DNA of 64,000 nucleotides from Escherichia coli (GTDB lineage Bacteria; Pseudomonadota; Gammaproteobacteria; Enterobacterales; Enterobacteriaceae): NCBI RefSeq assembly GCF_002854065.1, contig NZ_CP024147.1; one strand, 5' to 3'. Shown piece by piece: positions 1 to 12,204 of this stretch (position 1 is its first letter; each line of letters starts with the position of its first letter). The notes under the pieces were generated by a model. It saw only the letters and a program-made list of their open reading frames with translations, ran no database searches and was not told where the DNA came from. The position numbers and the translations under genes were made by a program.

Positions 1-1040
1 TGCGGCGACAAATGTTGCATCGCCTGCGCGATACTACGTTCAATCACCGCACGGCGAGTATCGTTGGCAGGTAAGAGTTTCAACATCATCTCCCACGCGG
101 CAACGGCTTCGCCAAATCGCTGCTGCTCAAAGGCATTAAACGCATACATGCTTAACACACGAATATTGCTATGGTCCGTTCTCACCAACTGGCGCAGCAG
201 TTCGCCGCCGAGGCGGTTGTCGTTGGGATCAGATGAACGTGTCAACGCTTCAGCATAACCCAGTGCGGCATCGCTGTTTTTCGGATCGAGGCGATACGCA
301 GTAGCGTATGCATCGGTGGCGATACTGGCGTTACCCAGCGCCATGCCAACGCGACCCAACATAATCCAACCTTCTATATCTCCCGGATTTTTTTGCAGTT
401 GAGTACGCATCCCCAGCGCAAGGCGCGACATCTCTTCTTCGTTGAGCGGATCGGCTTTCGGATCCAGCGCCCTGTCCAGCAACGCCGGAGCCTGTGCCGT
501 GGCCTGCTGCCAGATTTTCACCTGCTGATAATTGCCAGTCTGGTAGTAGCTGACGCCAGCCACAATTAACGCCACCACAATACCCGGCAGATAAACAACA
601 TATCCGGCACGCTTACCTTCCGGCACGCTTTGTTCAGGAAACGCTTCCGGTACCACGCGTACCCGACGCCGCGAACGGGCGTATATGACCCAACCGCCAA
701 TACCAATAGCCACTACCGGAAGCACCCACAGCAGCACGGTCAGCGGCGTTAACGGCGGATCGTAAGTGACGAAGTTGCCGTAACGCGCCACCATATAATC
801 GACAATCTCTTTCTTACTTTTGCCTTCCTGCATCAGTTCATACACTTTCTGGCGCAGGTCGGTGGCAATCATCGAGTTGGAATCGGCAATGCTGTTGTTC
901 TGGCATTTCGGGCAACGCAGTTCTTCAGTGAGCTGACGGAACTGTTGTTCCTGTGCTTCATCTTTAAACTGCAACACATCGATGGTCGCCAGCGCTGAGC
1001 CGGAGATCATCAGCATCAGCACGCCCAATAAAAACCTCAT
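1..1040 (-). CDS. ccmH: Cytochrome c maturation protein CcmH, partial (N-terminal ~346 codons; stop lies beyond the window edge)
   Basis: Minus-strand translation from the ATG at 1040..1038 reads MRFLLGVLMLMISGSALATIDVLQFKDEAQEQQFRQLTEELRCPKCQNN, matching CcmH. The start overlaps the ccmG stop. Not in the ORF track because it is open at the window edge. Confidence 0.85.
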   Translation of the reverse strand, partial: MRFLLGVLMLMISGSALATIDVLQFKDEAQEQQFRQLTEELRCPKCQNNSIADSNSMIATDLRQKVYELMQEGKSKKEIVDYMVARYGNFVTYDPPLTPLTVLLWVLPVVAIGIGGWVIYARSRRRVRVVPEAFPEQSVPEGKRAGYVVYLPGIVVALIVAGVSYYQTGNYQQVKIWQQATAQAPALLDRALDPKADPLNEEEMSRLALGMRTQLQKNPGDIEGWIMLGRVGMALGNASIATDAYATAYRLDPKNSDAALGYAEALTRSSDPNDNRLGGELLRQLVRTDHSNIRVLSMYAFNAFEQQRFGEAVAAWEMMLKLLPANDTRRAVIERSIAQAMQHLSP

Positions 1041-1594
1041 TGTGCGGCCTCCTTACTGTATTTCTCCCACAGCGGCTTGATCTCTTCTTCCCAGACGCGA
1101 GGATTCAGATCGCCCGCATGGCGATAGCGAATGATACCGTTGCCGTCAATAAGAAACGTTTCTGGCGCGCCATAGACACCGAGATCCAGCCCTAACATGC
1201 CGTCGCCATCAAACAGGCTTAGCGCGTAAGGATTGCCCAGCTCTTTCAGCCAGCTGATTGCCTTCTGGCGATCGTCTTTATAGTTCATGCCGACCACGCG
1301 GATGCCCTGCGCAGAAAGCTGATTCAGATATTGATGTTCCGCACGGCAGGTCGGACACCAGGTCGCCCAGACGTTAAGCAGCACTGGTTTGCCCTGAGTC
1401 AGCACATCCGCCTGATAAAACTGCCCCGGATTGTCCAGTGATTCGAGACGAAACTTCGGCACTGGCTTGCCAATGAGCGCCGATTCCAGATTGGTCGGAT
1501 CATCCCCTTCGGCATTACGCGCCAGCTGCCACAGCAGCGCCGCGGCAATCGCCAGGAAGATAATCAACGGAATTAACAATACTTTGCGCTTCAT
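1037..1594 (-). CDS. ccmG: Thiol:disulfide interchange protein CcmG/DsbE
   Basis: 185-aa ORF with thioredoxin-like WCPTC motif and N-terminal membrane anchor; position within the ccm operon. Confidence 0.93.
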   Translation of the reverse strand: MKRKVLLIPLIIFLAIAAALLWQLARNAEGDDPTNLESALIGKPVPKFRLESLDNPGQFYQADVLTQGKPVLLNVWATWCPTCRAEHQYLNQLSAQGIRVVGMNYKDDRQKAISWLKELGNPYALSLFDGDGMLGLDLGVYGAPETFLIDGNGIIRYRHAGDLNPRVWEEEIKPLWEKYSKEAAQ

Positions 1595-3534
1595 ACAGCC
1601 TCCGGCGCAGTTTTTTGCGGACTCACGCGCTTACGATAGCGAGGATCAAACAGACACAGCAGTCCGCCCAACGCCATCATCAGCCCGCCCGCCCAAATCC
1701 AGCGAACAAACGGTTTGTAGTAAAGACGCACAGCCCACGCGCCGTTTTCCAGCTCTTCACCGAGCGCGGCGTACAGGTCACGCGTGATGCCACCGTCAAT
1801 CGCCGCTTCGGTCATCATCGACCCGGCAGTGTTGTAATAACGTTTTTCCGCATACAGCACCGTTTCCGGTTTACCCTCTCGCGTTACGCCGATAGTCGCC
1901 ACACCGCCACGCCAGTTCGGGCCAGTCACCTCTTTGACATCACGGAAGGTGAAGCGATATTCATGAATATCGACGCTATCGCCGGACTTCATGCGCACAT
2001 CACGCTCAACGCTATAGTTCTGGCTAAAGGCAATGCCAACAATTGTCACTGCCAGCCCCAGGTGAGCCGCCACCATCCCCCAATAACTGAAGGTGGTTTT
2101 CGTGCCGCGTGAAATACGCAGCACAGCTTCCGCAATTGCCAGCACCGCAATCCAGCAGGCCATTGCCAGGCCGAGCACCGTCATCGCCACCACTTTGCTT
2201 TCGAACAGCCACGGCAACAGCAGAGACAGCACCAGCGTAGAGATAAAGGCGAAAATCAATAAATTGCGGATCTTACGTGGGCGATCGCGCCCCCAGCGCA
2301 CCAGAGGACCGACACCAAGCAGTAGCGCAAACGGCACCATCAGCCAGGTAAACATGGTGTTGAAGAACGGTTCGCCAATCGAAATACTGCCCAGTCCCAG
2401 TTGCTTGTGCACCAGCGGCAGCAGCGTCCCCAGCAACACCACCAGCATCGCGGCGACCAGCAAAACGTTGTTCGCTAACAGCAAAGATTCCCGCGACCAC
2501 AGCGCATTGTTTACGCGTGAGCGAACTTTGTGTCCACGCGCGGCAAACAGCAGCAGCGAACCGCCAATCACCAGCACCATAAAGGCGAGGATAAACATAC
2601 CGCGCGCCGGATCAGACGCAAACGCGTGTACCGATACCAGCACGCCGGAACGCACGAGGAAAGTCCCCAACAGACACAACGAGAAGGCACTGATTGCCAG
2701 CAGTAATGTCCACGCTTTGAAGCTGGCGCGTTGTTCAGTGACCGCAAGTGAGTGCATCAGCGCAGTCCCCACCAGCCACGGCATAAACGAGGCGTTTTCT
2801 ACCGGATCCCAGAACCACCAGCCACCCCAGCCGAGTTCGTAATAGGCCCATGCGGAACCGAGCACAATGCCGAGCGTCAGGAAAATCCACGCCGCCAGCG
2901 TCCACGGGCGAGTAAAACGCGCATAAGTGCTGTCCAAACGCCCGCTCAGCAAAGAAGCAATGGCAAAAGCAAACGCCACCGAGAAACCCACGTACCCCAT
3001 ATAAAGCAGAGGCGGATGGAAGATCAGCCCCGGATCCTGTAACAGCGGGTTAAGATCGCGCCCTTCAATCGGGAAGTTCGGCAGCGTGCGTGAGAATGGG
3101 TTAGAGGTAAAGAGAATGAACAGCAAAAAGCCGACGCTGACCATCCCCATTATCGCCAGTACGCGGGCCACAATATCCAGCGGAATACGCTGACTAAAAA
3201 TCGCCACCGCAAAGGTCCAGCCGCTCATCAGCAGCACCCACAGCAGTAGCGAGCCTTCATGCGCGCCCCAGGTAGCCGCCACGCGATACCACACCGGAAG
3301 CTGGGTATTGGAGTTGCTGGCAACATAGGTGACGGTAAAGTCGTTGACCACGAAAGCATTGACCAGCACCAGAAATGCGCCAGCCACAGACATAAACAGC
3401 AGCCAGGCAAACAAGCGGGAAGACGCCATCATGCGCGCATCTCCGCGCGCCACGCCCCATAGCGGATACACGGACAGCAGCAGCGCAATCCCTAACGCCA
3501 GGCACAGCAGCCCGTTACCAATTTCCGGCATCAT
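1591..3534 (-). CDS. ccmF: Cytochrome c-type biogenesis protein CcmF (heme lyase component)
   Basis: 647-aa polytopic membrane ORF with W-rich motif; start overlaps the ccmE stop. Confidence 0.93.
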
Positions 3535-4010
3535 GATGCTGGGTCCTTATAAACACTCGCCGGGCGACGGTGGTTAGCTTCCATCGCTTTCTCAACTTCT
3601 GGCGGCGTATAGTTTTCATCGTGTTTCGCCAGCACTTCTTTCGCGAGGATATGATTGCCTTTTTCCAGCTCGCCTTGCACCACAACGCCCTGCCCTTCAC
3701 GGAACAGATCCGGCAAAATGCCTTCGTAAGAGACATCCACTGAGCCTTCAGCGTCGTAAATGGTGAACGTTACTTTCAGCGAATTGGGATCGCGCTGCAC
3801 GCTACCCGGCATCACCATCCCGCCAACGCGCAGACGCTGACCGACTTCCGGCATCTGCTGAGTTTCACGCTTGCCGTAGAGAATTTCCCCCGGCGTATAA
3901 AAGAGATCGATATTCGAGCGCAGCGCATATAGCACCAGACCGATAGTCAGCGCCAGCCCTGCCAACACGGCACAGGCAATCCACAAGCGGTTTTTACGGC
4001 GAATATTCAT
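3531..4010 (-). CDS. ccmE: Heme chaperone CcmE
   Basis: 159-aa ORF with N-terminal anchor; operon position; overlaps neighbours by 4 nt. Confidence 0.93.
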
Positions 4011-4216
4011 GCAGCCTCCTGCTGTTGTGCAGCACGTAAACGCGCCTCTCGCGCCCGCTGTTGCGCCACGCTACGCAGAATTGCGCGATGCTGCATCACC
4101 GAGTGCACGACCAAAACCACCAGCGGAATAACGGTCATCACCACCGCCAGCCAGACAAAAAAGGCGTAACCGCCCATTGCGAAAAATTCATTCCAGGAAG
4201 CAAATGCAGGGGTCAT
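4007..4216 (-). CDS. ccmD: Heme exporter protein CcmD
   Basis: 69-aa small membrane ORF between ccmC and ccmE. Confidence 0.9.
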
Positions 4217-4950
4217 TTACGGCCTCTTTTCAGTATCAGTTCACTCACCCACGGACGGCGTTTTTCCATCAGCAAAATCAAATTACGCATCCGCATCAGC
4301 GTCAGCGTGGCAGACAGGAGCAGGAAGCCAAAAATCGACCAGCGCAGCGGCGAACGCATCGCCGGATCGATACTTTGCTGCATCCGCGTTGATCCCTGAT
4401 GCAGGGTGTTCCACCACTCCACGGAGTAATGAATAATCGGCAGATTCACCACGCCAATCAGCACCAGGATACCTGCCGCACGGCCCGCCAGACGGCGGTC
4501 GTCGAAGGCGTGCCACAGGGCAATCACACCCACATACAAAAACAGCAGCACCAGTTCAGAAGTCAGACGTGCATCCCATACCCACCAGGTGCCCCACATC
4601 GGTTTTCCCCATGCAGAGCCGGTAACCAGGGCAATAAAGGTAAACACGGCACCAATGGGGGCCATCGCCGCCACCGCCAGGTTGGCCATTTTCATCTGCC
4701 AGACAAGGCCAATAAACGCCGCCACCGCCATTGATGCATAAATGCCCATCGACCAGATCGCCGCAGGCACATGCAGGTAGATAATGCGGTAGCTATTTCC
4801 CTGCTGATAATCAGCCGGAGCAAAGCCGAATCCCCAGATCCAGCCGACGGTAAGCACGACCACACTGGCAATTGCCAGCCACGGTATAAACCAGCCACAG
4901 ATTTGATACAGCCGTGGTGGGATCGCCAGTTGATGCAGTGTTTTCCACAT
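4213..4950 (-). CDS. ccmC: Heme exporter protein CcmC
   Basis: Track ORF 4213..4974; the conserved protein begins at MWKTLHQ (codon 9 of the track ORF), giving 245 aa. WWD-type motif (WGTWWVWDARL) present. Confidence 0.9.
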   Translation of the reverse strand: MWKTLHQLAIPPRLYQICGWFIPWLAIASVVVLTVGWIWGFGFAPADYQQGNSYRIIYLHVPAAIWSMGIYASMAVAAFIGLVWQMKMANLAVAAMAPIGAVFTFIALVTGSAWGKPMWGTWWVWDARLTSELVLLFLYVGVIALWHAFDDRRLAGRAAGILVLIGVVNLPIIHYSVEWWNTLHQGSTRMQQSIDPAMRSPLRWSIFGFLLLSATLTLMRMRNLILLMEKRRPWVSELILKRGRK

Positions 4951-4991
4951 AGTTTCGATACCAGACTCGAACAAAAATCAGTAATCCAGCG

Positions 4992-5654
4992 TTATTGAAT
5001 GCTGATTCGTAACGCTGCCGCCGTCGCAAAAGGACTTAATGTCGCGGTGCCTGCCAGCAACGCGCCTAAAATTGCCAGATACCCGTCAACGGGCAAATGC
5101 ATAGAAGCCGCGTCCATCGCGGCGGTGGCAAAGATGAGTAATGGGATAGTCAGCGGTAACACCAGTATGCTGAGCAGCACACCACCGCGCTTAAGTCCCA
5201 CTGTCAGCGCCACGCCCGGCGCACCAAGAAAGCCAAGCGTAGGCGTTCCCAGCAGTAGCGTTAACGCCATCACTTGCCAGCCATAAACATCCATTCCCAG
5301 TAGCATTGCTACCAGGGGCGAAAGGATGAGTAACGGCAGACCGGTTACCATCCAGTGCGCCATCACCTTCGCCAGCACAACGGCGGGCAAGGGTAACGGC
5401 AACAACATCAATTGTTCAAGACTGCCGTCCTGCAAATCGTCACGGAACAGTCGTTCCAGCGCCAGCAAGGATGAAAGCAGCGCAGCAACCCAGATAATGC
5501 CCGGTGCAATACGCGCCAGCAGTTGCGGCTCCGGACCGATACTGAGCGGAAAAAGGGTAATTACAATCAGGAAGAACCACAGCGGGTTGGCGATTTCAGC
5601 GCTATGGCAAAACGCTACGCGCAGCTCAAGACGGAAAATGCGCCAGAACATCAT
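4992..5654 (-). CDS. ccmB: Heme exporter permease CcmB
   Basis: 220-aa polytopic membrane ORF; operon position. Confidence 0.92.
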   Translation of the reverse strand: MMFWRIFRLELRVAFCHSAEIANPLWFFLIVITLFPLSIGPEPQLLARIAPGIIWVAALLSSLLALERLFRDDLQDGSLEQLMLLPLPLPAVVLAKVMAHWMVTGLPLLILSPLVAMLLGMDVYGWQVMALTLLLGTPTLGFLGAPGVALTVGLKRGGVLLSILVLPLTIPLLIFATAAMDAASMHLPVDGYLAILGALLAGTATLSPFATAAALRISIQ

Positions 5655-6274
5655 ACGGCCCTCGTTTGCGTCAGTGAAATGCGGCGAATTTTACTTTCAG
5701 CAACGTTGAGCGGCTGGTGGGTAGTGAGAATCACAATCCCCCCCTGCTCTGTATGCTGCGCCATACGCTGGGTCAGACGATCGACGCCGTTAACGTCAAT
5801 CGCGGTAAAAGGCTCGTCGAGGATCCATAACGTGGCACGGGTCAGCCACAGACGCGCTAAAGCGACGCGGCGTTGTTGCCCGGCAGAAAGTTGATTTACC
5901 GGAATATCTTCGAATCCGGCAAGCCCGGCCTGCGCCAGGGCTGCCAGACATTGTGCGGTATCGCCATCGCGATGATAAAAGTGCAGATTTTCTAACGCCG
6001 TCAGCCGGGTTTTGATCCCCGGCTGATGGCCTATCCATAACAGGTTTTGATGGTAGCTGTCGCGTACCTGATGCAAGGGCTGCCCTTGCCAGAGAACCTC
6101 GCCTGCGTCAGGGCGAGACAACCCCGTCAGCAAACGGAGAAGCGTTGTCTTCCCCGCGCCGTTGCTACCGGTGATTTGTACCCACTCTCCTGCGTTCAGC
6201 GTAAATGACAAGCCACTAAATAAGGTTCGTTCATCCCGCTCACAAAGTAACTCTCTGACTTCAAGCATACCCAC
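5651..6274 (-). CDS. ccmA: Heme exporter ATP-binding protein CcmA
   Basis: 207-aa ORF with Walker A (GSNGAGKTT) and ABC signature (LSAGQQRR). Confidence 0.93.
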   Translation of the reverse strand: MGMLEVRELLCERDERTLFSGLSFTLNAGEWVQITGSNGAGKTTLLRLLTGLSRPDAGEVLWQGQPLHQVRDSYHQNLLWIGHQPGIKTRLTALENLHFYHRDGDTAQCLAALAQAGLAGFEDIPVNQLSAGQQRRVALARLWLTRATLWILDEPFTAIDVNGVDRLTQRMAQHTEQGGIVILTTHQPLNVAESKIRRISLTQTRAV

Positions 6275-6286
6275 GCAATAACCCTG

Positions 6287-6889
6287 TTAAAAACCTGGCT
6301 CGACTTCACGCATATCGGGGAGCTTGTGCGCTATCCCTTTATGGCAATCAATACAGGTTTGCCCATCTTTCACCGCCTGGTCATGCATCTTCGCGGCAAC
6401 CGATTTCTGGGCGGTTGTATCCATATACTCGAAGTTGTGACAGTTACGGCACTCCTGCGAGTTATTGTCCTTCATGCGCCGCCACTCATTCTGTGCCATC
6501 GTCAGACGATGAGCTTCAAATTTCTGCGGCGTGTCAATAACGCCAAAAATTTTACCATACAGCTCTTTACTTGCTTTGAGCTTGCGTATCATCTTCGGCA
6601 CAAACTCGTGCGGAACGTGACAATCCGGACAGGTCGCACGGACGCCGCTACGGTTGTTGTAGTGCACGGAATCCATGTATTCCTGATACACCGTGTTACG
6701 CATTTCGTGGCAGCTAATGCAGAACTCTTCGGTATTGGCTTTTTCCATCCCGGTGTTAAAGCCGCCCCAGAAGACGATGCCGCCGACAAAACCGATCAAC
6801 AGCAGCGTCCCCAGCGCCAGACGGCTGGGGGTACGCCACCATTTCCACAGGCGCTTAATCAGACCAGGCTTACGGTCAGAATTTCCCAT
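6287..6889 (-). CDS. napC: Periplasmic nitrate reductase tetraheme cytochrome c NapC
   Basis: 200-aa ORF with four CXXCH motifs (CISCH, CPDCH, CRNCH, CIDCH) and an N-terminal anchor. Confidence 0.93.
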   Translation of the reverse strand: MGNSDRKPGLIKRLWKWWRTPSRLALGTLLLIGFVGGIVFWGGFNTGMEKANTEEFCISCHEMRNTVYQEYMDSVHYNNRSGVRATCPDCHVPHEFVPKMIRKLKASKELYGKIFGVIDTPQKFEAHRLTMAQNEWRRMKDNNSQECRNCHNFEYMDTTAQKSVAAKMHDQAVKDGQTCIDCHKGIAHKLPDMREVEPGF

Positions 6890-6898
6890 AATAACCTC

Positions 6899-7348
6899 TT
6901 ATTTCCCGTAACCTTTTGATGGGGTAAAGGTATTCCCCACGATTGGCGCGGTATCGGCCTGCGGTACGTGACATTGCAGACAGAAATAACGACGCGGAGC
7001 CACTTCCGCGCCCACTTTGCCGTCGCTGTCCATAAAGTGAGTAGGACTGATACGCGGCGCGCCAGTGGTGCGATAGCTTTCGACACCGTGGCACTGCAAG
7101 CAGCGGTTGGTATTGGTCGTTACCTGATAACCTTCAACGCTATGCGGGATCATTGGCGGCTGATTCACATAGTTCAGCGGCATCCGATCCTGCTCTTTTG
7201 GCATCCGAATGGCCCCTTCCTGCGTCCCGGATACTTCCGGCGACTGGCTAAAATCGACGCCATTAGCCGCCCAAACCGCGCCGCTTACCACCAGGGCCAG
7301 CATCGCCGTCCATTGACACAGCGCTTTCTTCAGGTCATGGCTTTTCAT
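6899..7348 (-). CDS. napB: Periplasmic nitrate reductase diheme cytochrome c subunit NapB
   Basis: Two CLQCH heme motifs. Start placed at MKSHDLKK (codon 8 of track ORF 6899..7369), giving 149 aa with a signal peptide. Confidence 0.9.
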   Translation of the reverse strand: MKSHDLKKALCQWTAMLALVVSGAVWAANGVDFSQSPEVSGTQEGAIRMPKEQDRMPLNYVNQPPMIPHSVEGYQVTTNTNRCLQCHGVESYRTTGAPRISPTHFMDSDGKVGAEVAPRRYFCLQCHVPQADTAPIVGNTFTPSKGYGK

Positions 7349-8208
7349 GATTTCGCTCCCGAACTCCATCGTGTAGTTATTGTAAATACATCCTCAGAAC
7401 AGACATCCACGCAGCGACCGCACGTCATGCAATCGCGGCTGGTGACCTGCACCGGGCTTTGTTCATCCAGCACCGGGGCACGTAGCACATGCGGTTCCGG
7501 GCAAACATGAAAACAATCCATACAGCGGTTACATTTCTGCCGATCGCTGGCCGCAACGGTAATCACACCTTTGCTACCCAGCACGCCATACAGCGCGCCA
7601 ACCGGACAAATGTGCCCGCACCAGCCGTGTTCAACGACCAGTAGATCAAATAAAAACAGCGCGAGAATAAGCAGCGCGCCGCTGCCGAAGCCCATTACCA
7701 GGCTACGCCCCATCAGGGAAACGGGGTTGATCCATTCCCAGATGAGCGTGCCAGTTAAGGCTGATCCCACCAGAATGACCACCAACAGCACGTAGCGAAT
7801 GTGGCGAGGGATCGTCGCAGACTGATTGAGGTCAAAGCGCCTGCGTAACCAGTTCGCTAAGTCGGTAATCGGGTTCAGCGGGCAGACCCAGCTGCAAAAT
7901 AATCGCTTTCCTGCCAGGGCGTAGAGCACGGTGATAATCACCGCACCGGTCAACGCCACCGTGGCAGGCAGATGACCACTGGCAAGACTTTGCAGCGTCA
8001 TCAGCGGATCGGTCAGCGGAACGGTGTCGAATAACAGGCTACTGCTGTAGTTGCCGTGCAAGATCCACACACCAAACCACGGACCGCTCAAAAACATCCC
8101 CAGCACGAAGAACTGACAAAGGCGACGTAACACCAGCCAACGGTGACTGCGCCACCAGCCTTTTTTCTCCAGCGCCTCGCGCCCGGCGTCACGTTTACGA
8201 TTTGCCAT
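7345..8208 (-). CDS. napH: Ferredoxin-type membrane protein NapH
   Basis: 287-aa ORF with transmembrane segments and C-terminal Cys clusters ([23 protein letters not shown]). Confidence 0.92.
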   Translation of the reverse strand: MANRKRDAGREALEKKGWWRSHRWLVLRRLCQFFVLGMFLSGPWFGVWILHGNYSSSLLFDTVPLTDPLMTLQSLASGHLPATVALTGAVIITVLYALAGKRLFCSWVCPLNPITDLANWLRRRFDLNQSATIPRHIRYVLLVVILVGSALTGTLIWEWINPVSLMGRSLVMGFGSGALLILALFLFDLLVVEHGWCGHICPVGALYGVLGSKGVITVAASDRQKCNRCMDCFHVCPEPHVLRAPVLDEQSPVQVTSRDCMTCGRCVDVCSEDVFTITTRWSSGAKS

Positions 8209-8890
8209 TGTTCCCCTCCAGCCAGCCGAAGCGGTAATGGTGACCTAACTCCCCTTTCGCCAGTGACAGCGGTAACACCTTGATTGCCGGTTGTTCCAGC
8301 ACGCACACTTTTTCGCACTTACCGCAGCCGGTACAGGCGTCGCTGTGAACCGTCGGCAGAAAGCGGGCGTGCTTACCGGTACGCGTATTGCGCTCCAGCT
8401 CCAGGGTGATGGCCTCATCAATTTTCGGGCATTCGCGATAACAAACATCGCAGCGCAGCCCCTGAAAGTTGAGACAGTTTTCCTGGTCCACCAGTACCGC
8501 CAGCCCCATCCGCGCTTCGTCGATCGATTCGATCTCACGATCCAGCGCACCGCTCGGGCACACTTTGGCGCACGGAATGTCCTCACACATTTCGCAAGGA
8601 ATATCCCGTGCGACAAAATATGGCGTGCCCGCCGACAGGCCAGAAGCCAGCGTCGCCAGTTTTAAGGTGTCGTAAGGGCAAGCCTGAACACACTGACCGC
8701 AACGCACACAGGCACTGGCAAAGGCGTTCTCGTTTATGGCTCCGGGCGGGCGCAACCGCACGCCAGATGCGCGTGCGGTTTGCTGTTGTAACCCCAGCGC
8801 CACACCCACGGCAGCCAGCCCGCCTGCTGTGCGAACGACATCGCGCAGAAAGCGGCGGCGACCATTTTGAGGTTTCGCTGACCGGGACAT
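8195..8890 (-). CDS. napG: Ferredoxin-type protein NapG
   Basis: 231-aa ORF with twin-arginine signal (RRRFLRDVV) and multiple CxxCxxCxxxCP clusters. Confidence 0.92.
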   Translation of the reverse strand: MSRSAKPQNGRRRFLRDVVRTAGGLAAVGVALGLQQQTARASGVRLRPPGAINENAFASACVRCGQCVQACPYDTLKLATLASGLSAGTPYFVARDIPCEMCEDIPCAKVCPSGALDREIESIDEARMGLAVLVDQENCLNFQGLRCDVCYRECPKIDEAITLELERNTRTGKHARFLPTVHSDACTGCGKCEKVCVLEQPAIKVLPLSLAKGELGHHYRFGWLEGNNGKS

Positions 8891-8896
8891 AATGGC

Positions 8897-11383
8897 TTAC
8901 ACCTTCTCCAGTTTGACCGCGCACTTCTTGAAGTCCGTCTCTTTCGAGAGCGGATCGGTCGCATCCAGCGTCAGTTTGTTAACCAGCTGTGCGGCGTCGA
9001 AGAACGGCATGTACACCAGGCCCTGCGGCGGACGGTTACGACCGCGCGTTTCGACAATCGAGATCACTTCGCCACGGCGAGAAACCACTTTCACTTTGTC
9101 GCCACGACGCAGATCGCGCGCTTTCGCATCCAGCGGGTGAATAAACAGGACCGCTTCCGGGAAGGCGCGGTGCAGTTCCGGCACACGGCGAGTCATACTG
9201 CCGGTGTGCCAGTGCTCCAGGACGCGTCCGGTAGAGAGCCACAGGTCGTACTCTTCATCCGGTGCTTCCGCCGCTGGTTCGAACGGCAGTGCGAAGATCA
9301 CCGCTTTGCCATCCGGTTTACCGTAGAACTTGTAGCCTTCGCCCGCTTTCACGTACGGGTCGTTACCTTCGCTGTAACGCCACTGAGTTTCTTTACCGTT
9401 CACCACCGGCCAGCGCAGACCGCGCGCTTTGTGGTAGTCATCGAACGGCGCGAGATCGTGACCGTGACCGCGACCAAACCATGCGTACTCTTCGAACAGC
9501 CCTTTTTGCAGATAGAAGCCCAGCTCGCGGGATTCATCGTTCAGCTGATCTTCCGCCAGTTCGGATACCGGGAATTTGCTCACTTCGGGGGTGGCATACA
9601 GAACTTCGTACAGCGTTTTGCCACGCAGTTCCGGTTTCTTCGCCAGCAGCTCTTCCGGCCATACTTCTTCAGTTTTGAAGCGGCGGGAGAACTGGACTAA
9701 CTGCCAGAGATCCGATTTCGCTTCGCCTGGCGCCTGTACCTGCTGACGCCAGAACTGAGTACGGCGTTCGGCGTTACCGTAAGCGCCCTCTTTCTCTACC
9801 CACATTGCGGTCGGCAGGATCAAGTCGGCGGCCAGCGCACTGACTGTCGGATACGGATCGGAGACGATGATGAAGTTGCGCGGATCGCGCCAGCCCGGCA
9901 TACGCTCTTCATTAATGTTCGGCCCGGCCTGCATGTTGTTGGTACACATGGTCCAGTAAACATTCAGCTTGCCGTCTTTCAGCGCACGGTCTTGTGCTAC
10001 CGCATGCAGACCGATTTTCGCCGGAATGGTGCCGCTCGGGATATTCCACTTCTTCTCGCAGATATCACGATGTTTCTCGTTAGTTACCACCATGTCCGCA
10101 GGCAGACGGTGGGCAAAGGTGCCCACTTCACGCGCAGTACCACACGCGGAAGGCTGCCCGGTCAGGGAGAACGGACCGCAACCCGGCTGGGAAATTTTGC
10201 CGGTCAGCAGGTGCAGGTTGTAGACCAGGTTGTTGGCCCACACGCCACGAGTATGCTGGTTGAAGCCCATCGTCCAGTAGGAGATGACTTTCTTGTTCGG
10301 ATCGGCATACAGCTGCGCCAGTTGTTCTAACTGGTCTTTCGGCACGCCGGTCATTTCAGCGGTTTTTTCCAGCGTATACTCAGCAACGAAGGCTTTGTAA
10401 TCTTCGAAGCTCATCGGTTCGGAGGCGTCAGAACCCGGATTCTTCGCTGCTTTTTCCAGCGGATGGGTCGGACGTAAACCGTAGCCGATGTCCGTCGCCC
10501 CTTTGCGCAGGTTAACGTGCTTGCTGAAGAAGTCCTGATTTATCGCATTGTTTTGAATGATATAGTTGGCGATGTAGTTCAGGATCACCAGGTCAGATTG
10601 CGGCGTAAAGATGATGCCGTTATCCGCCAGCTCGAAGCTACGATGCTGGTAGGTTGAAAGCACCGCCACGGTGACGTCCTGGTTAGAGAGACGACGGTTA
10701 GTGATGCGTGACCAGAGGATCGGGTGCATCTCCGCCATGTTTGCGCCCCACAGCACAAACGCGTCAGCCTGCTCGATGTCGTCATAGCAGCCCATCGGCT
10801 CATCCATACCAAAGGTACGCATAAAGCCAACTACTGCCGATGCCATACAGTGACGCGCGTTCGGGTCGATGTTGTTCGAACGGAAGCCCGCTTTGAACAG
10901 CTTGGACGCGGCATAACCTTCCCAGATAGTCCACTGACCAGAACCGAACATACCGATCGATTCCGGCCCTTTTTCTTTCAGGGCGGTTTTGAATTTCTCT
11001 TCCATCACATCGAAGGCCTGATCCCAGGTGATTGGGGTAAATTCGCCTTCTTTGTCATATTTACCGTTTTTCATACGCAGCAGCGGCTGCGTCAAACGGT
11101 CTTTACCGTACATGATCTTGGGCAGGAAATAGCCCTTAATGCAGTTCAGGCCACGGTTAACCGGTGCGTCCGGGTCGCCCTGACAGGCCACCACACGCCC
11201 CTGCTGCGTTCCGACCAGAACGCCGCAACCAGTACCGCAGAAACGGCACGGCGCTTTATCCCATTTAATGGCTTCCTGCTGACCAACAACGGCATGGGCA
11301 ACGCCCGGCACGCTGAGACCGGCAGCCGCCGCAGCGGCCGCAACGGCGTTAGCTTTCATAAAGCTACGACGACTGAGTTTCAT
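8897..11383 (-). CDS. napA: Periplasmic nitrate reductase catalytic subunit NapA
   Basis: 828-aa ORF with Tat signal ([10 protein letters not shown]) and an N-terminal Cys cluster for a [4Fe-4S] centre (CRFCGTGC). Confidence 0.95.
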   Translation of the reverse strand: MKLSRRSFMKANAVAAAAAAAGLSVPGVAHAVVGQQEAIKWDKAPCRFCGTGCGVLVGTQQGRVVACQGDPDAPVNRGLNCIKGYFLPKIMYGKDRLTQPLLRMKNGKYDKEGEFTPITWDQAFDVMEEKFKTALKEKGPESIGMFGSGQWTIWEGYAASKLFKAGFRSNNIDPNARHCMASAVVGFMRTFGMDEPMGCYDDIEQADAFVLWGANMAEMHPILWSRITNRRLSNQDVTVAVLSTYQHRSFELADNGIIFTPQSDLVILNYIANYIIQNNAINQDFFSKHVNLRKGATDIGYGLRPTHPLEKAAKNPGSDASEPMSFEDYKAFVAEYTLEKTAEMTGVPKDQLEQLAQLYADPNKKVISYWTMGFNQHTRGVWANNLVYNLHLLTGKISQPGCGPFSLTGQPSACGTAREVGTFAHRLPADMVVTNEKHRDICEKKWNIPSGTIPAKIGLHAVAQDRALKDGKLNVYWTMCTNNMQAGPNINEERMPGWRDPRNFIIVSDPYPTVSALAADLILPTAMWVEKEGAYGNAERRTQFWRQQVQAPGEAKSDLWQLVQFSRRFKTEEVWPEELLAKKPELRGKTLYEVLYATPEVSKFPVSELAEDQLNDESRELGFYLQKGLFEEYAWFGRGHGHDLAPFDDYHKARGLRWPVVNGKETQWRYSEGNDPYVKAGEGYKFYGKPDGKAVIFALPFEPAAEAPDEEYDLWLSTGRVLEHWHTGSMTRRVPELHRAFPEAVLFIHPLDAKARDLRRGDKVKVVSRRGEVISIVETRGRNRPPQGLVYMPFFDAAQLVNKLTLDATDPLSKETDFKKCAVKLEKV

Positions 11384-11643
11384 GGTGTTTCCTCACCTTG
11401 CTCTTCCTGCTGGTGATAAACCAGCGACACCGCCAGCACGCCCTCTACGTTGCGTACTGACTCAATGGTTTGGATCAGCGTTTCGCTGTCTTCTGCTTCC
11501 ACCACCACAATCAACTGACCGCTCGGCGCGTCGCTGACAGCAACTTCACAGCCGGGAAAGGCGTTCAGTTGGGTGCTGATGTCTGAAATTCGTTCGCTTT
11601 TGGCCTGCACGACCAGGCTGCAAACTTGCCAGTTAGTGTGCAT
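11380..11643 (-). CDS. napD: NapA chaperone NapD
   Basis: 87-aa ORF directly upstream of and overlapping napA. Confidence 0.9.
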   Translation of the reverse strand: MHTNWQVCSLVVQAKSERISDISTQLNAFPGCEVAVSDAPSGQLIVVVEAEDSETLIQTIESVRNVEGVLAVSLVYHQQEEQGEETP

Positions 11644-12127
11644 GGAGATACTCCGCAGTTATGGCTGATACCGGACAGCTGGCTGCACATGCTCCACATC
11701 CGTTGCAAAGTTGGCTATTAAGTTGCGGCTGGTAGATCCCGGAGAGCGTCGGGCGAAAGATAATTGCCATTGGCTCACAGCTATCCTGACAGCGGCGGCA
11801 TTCAACTGACTGATACGCCAGGCACGCGTCCCCAATGGTGAACTGCAAATCCCAGGCCCTGGTGTGGCGCGGAGAAAATAGCGATTCGGGGCAAGCCTGC
11901 GCGCAGGCGTAACAGAAGCTGCACTCGTTATTTTTGAAATTAACGCTCGGATAGCCGCCCGCGCCGCGTTGCAGGATGTTGTTTTCACAAGCATTAATAC
12001 AGGCGTCGCAGCGGGTGCAATGGGTCAGAAAATGAGATTCATCACCGGACCAGGGCGGACGGATACCGTTACTGGCTTTGCGCCAGCGACCAGTGAGTAT
12101 GCCCCGACGGGATGCATCAATCTTCAC
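11633..12127 (-). CDS. napF: Ferredoxin-type protein NapF
   Basis: 164-aa ORF with several CxxCxxCxxxCP motifs; first gene of the nap operon; apparent GTG start. Confidence 0.9.
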   Translation of the reverse strand: MKIDASRRGILTGRWRKASNGIRPPWSGDESHFLTHCTRCDACINACENNILQRGAGGYPSVNFKNNECSFCYACAQACPESLFSPRHTRAWDLQFTIGDACLAYQSVECRRCQDSCEPMAIIFRPTLSGIYQPQLNSQLCNGCGACAASCPVSAITAEYLHAH

Positions 12128-12204
12128 ATTGACCTTCCATCATTAACGCGCTCTGAAAATTGAGAGCGACCAAATAAACCGCATAATTAATAAGCCATTT
12201 TTAT

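Noticed and set aside
64-258. 64-aa plus-strand ORF at the window start
   Set aside because: Lies antisense within ccmH, whose minus-strand translation matches CcmH throughout.
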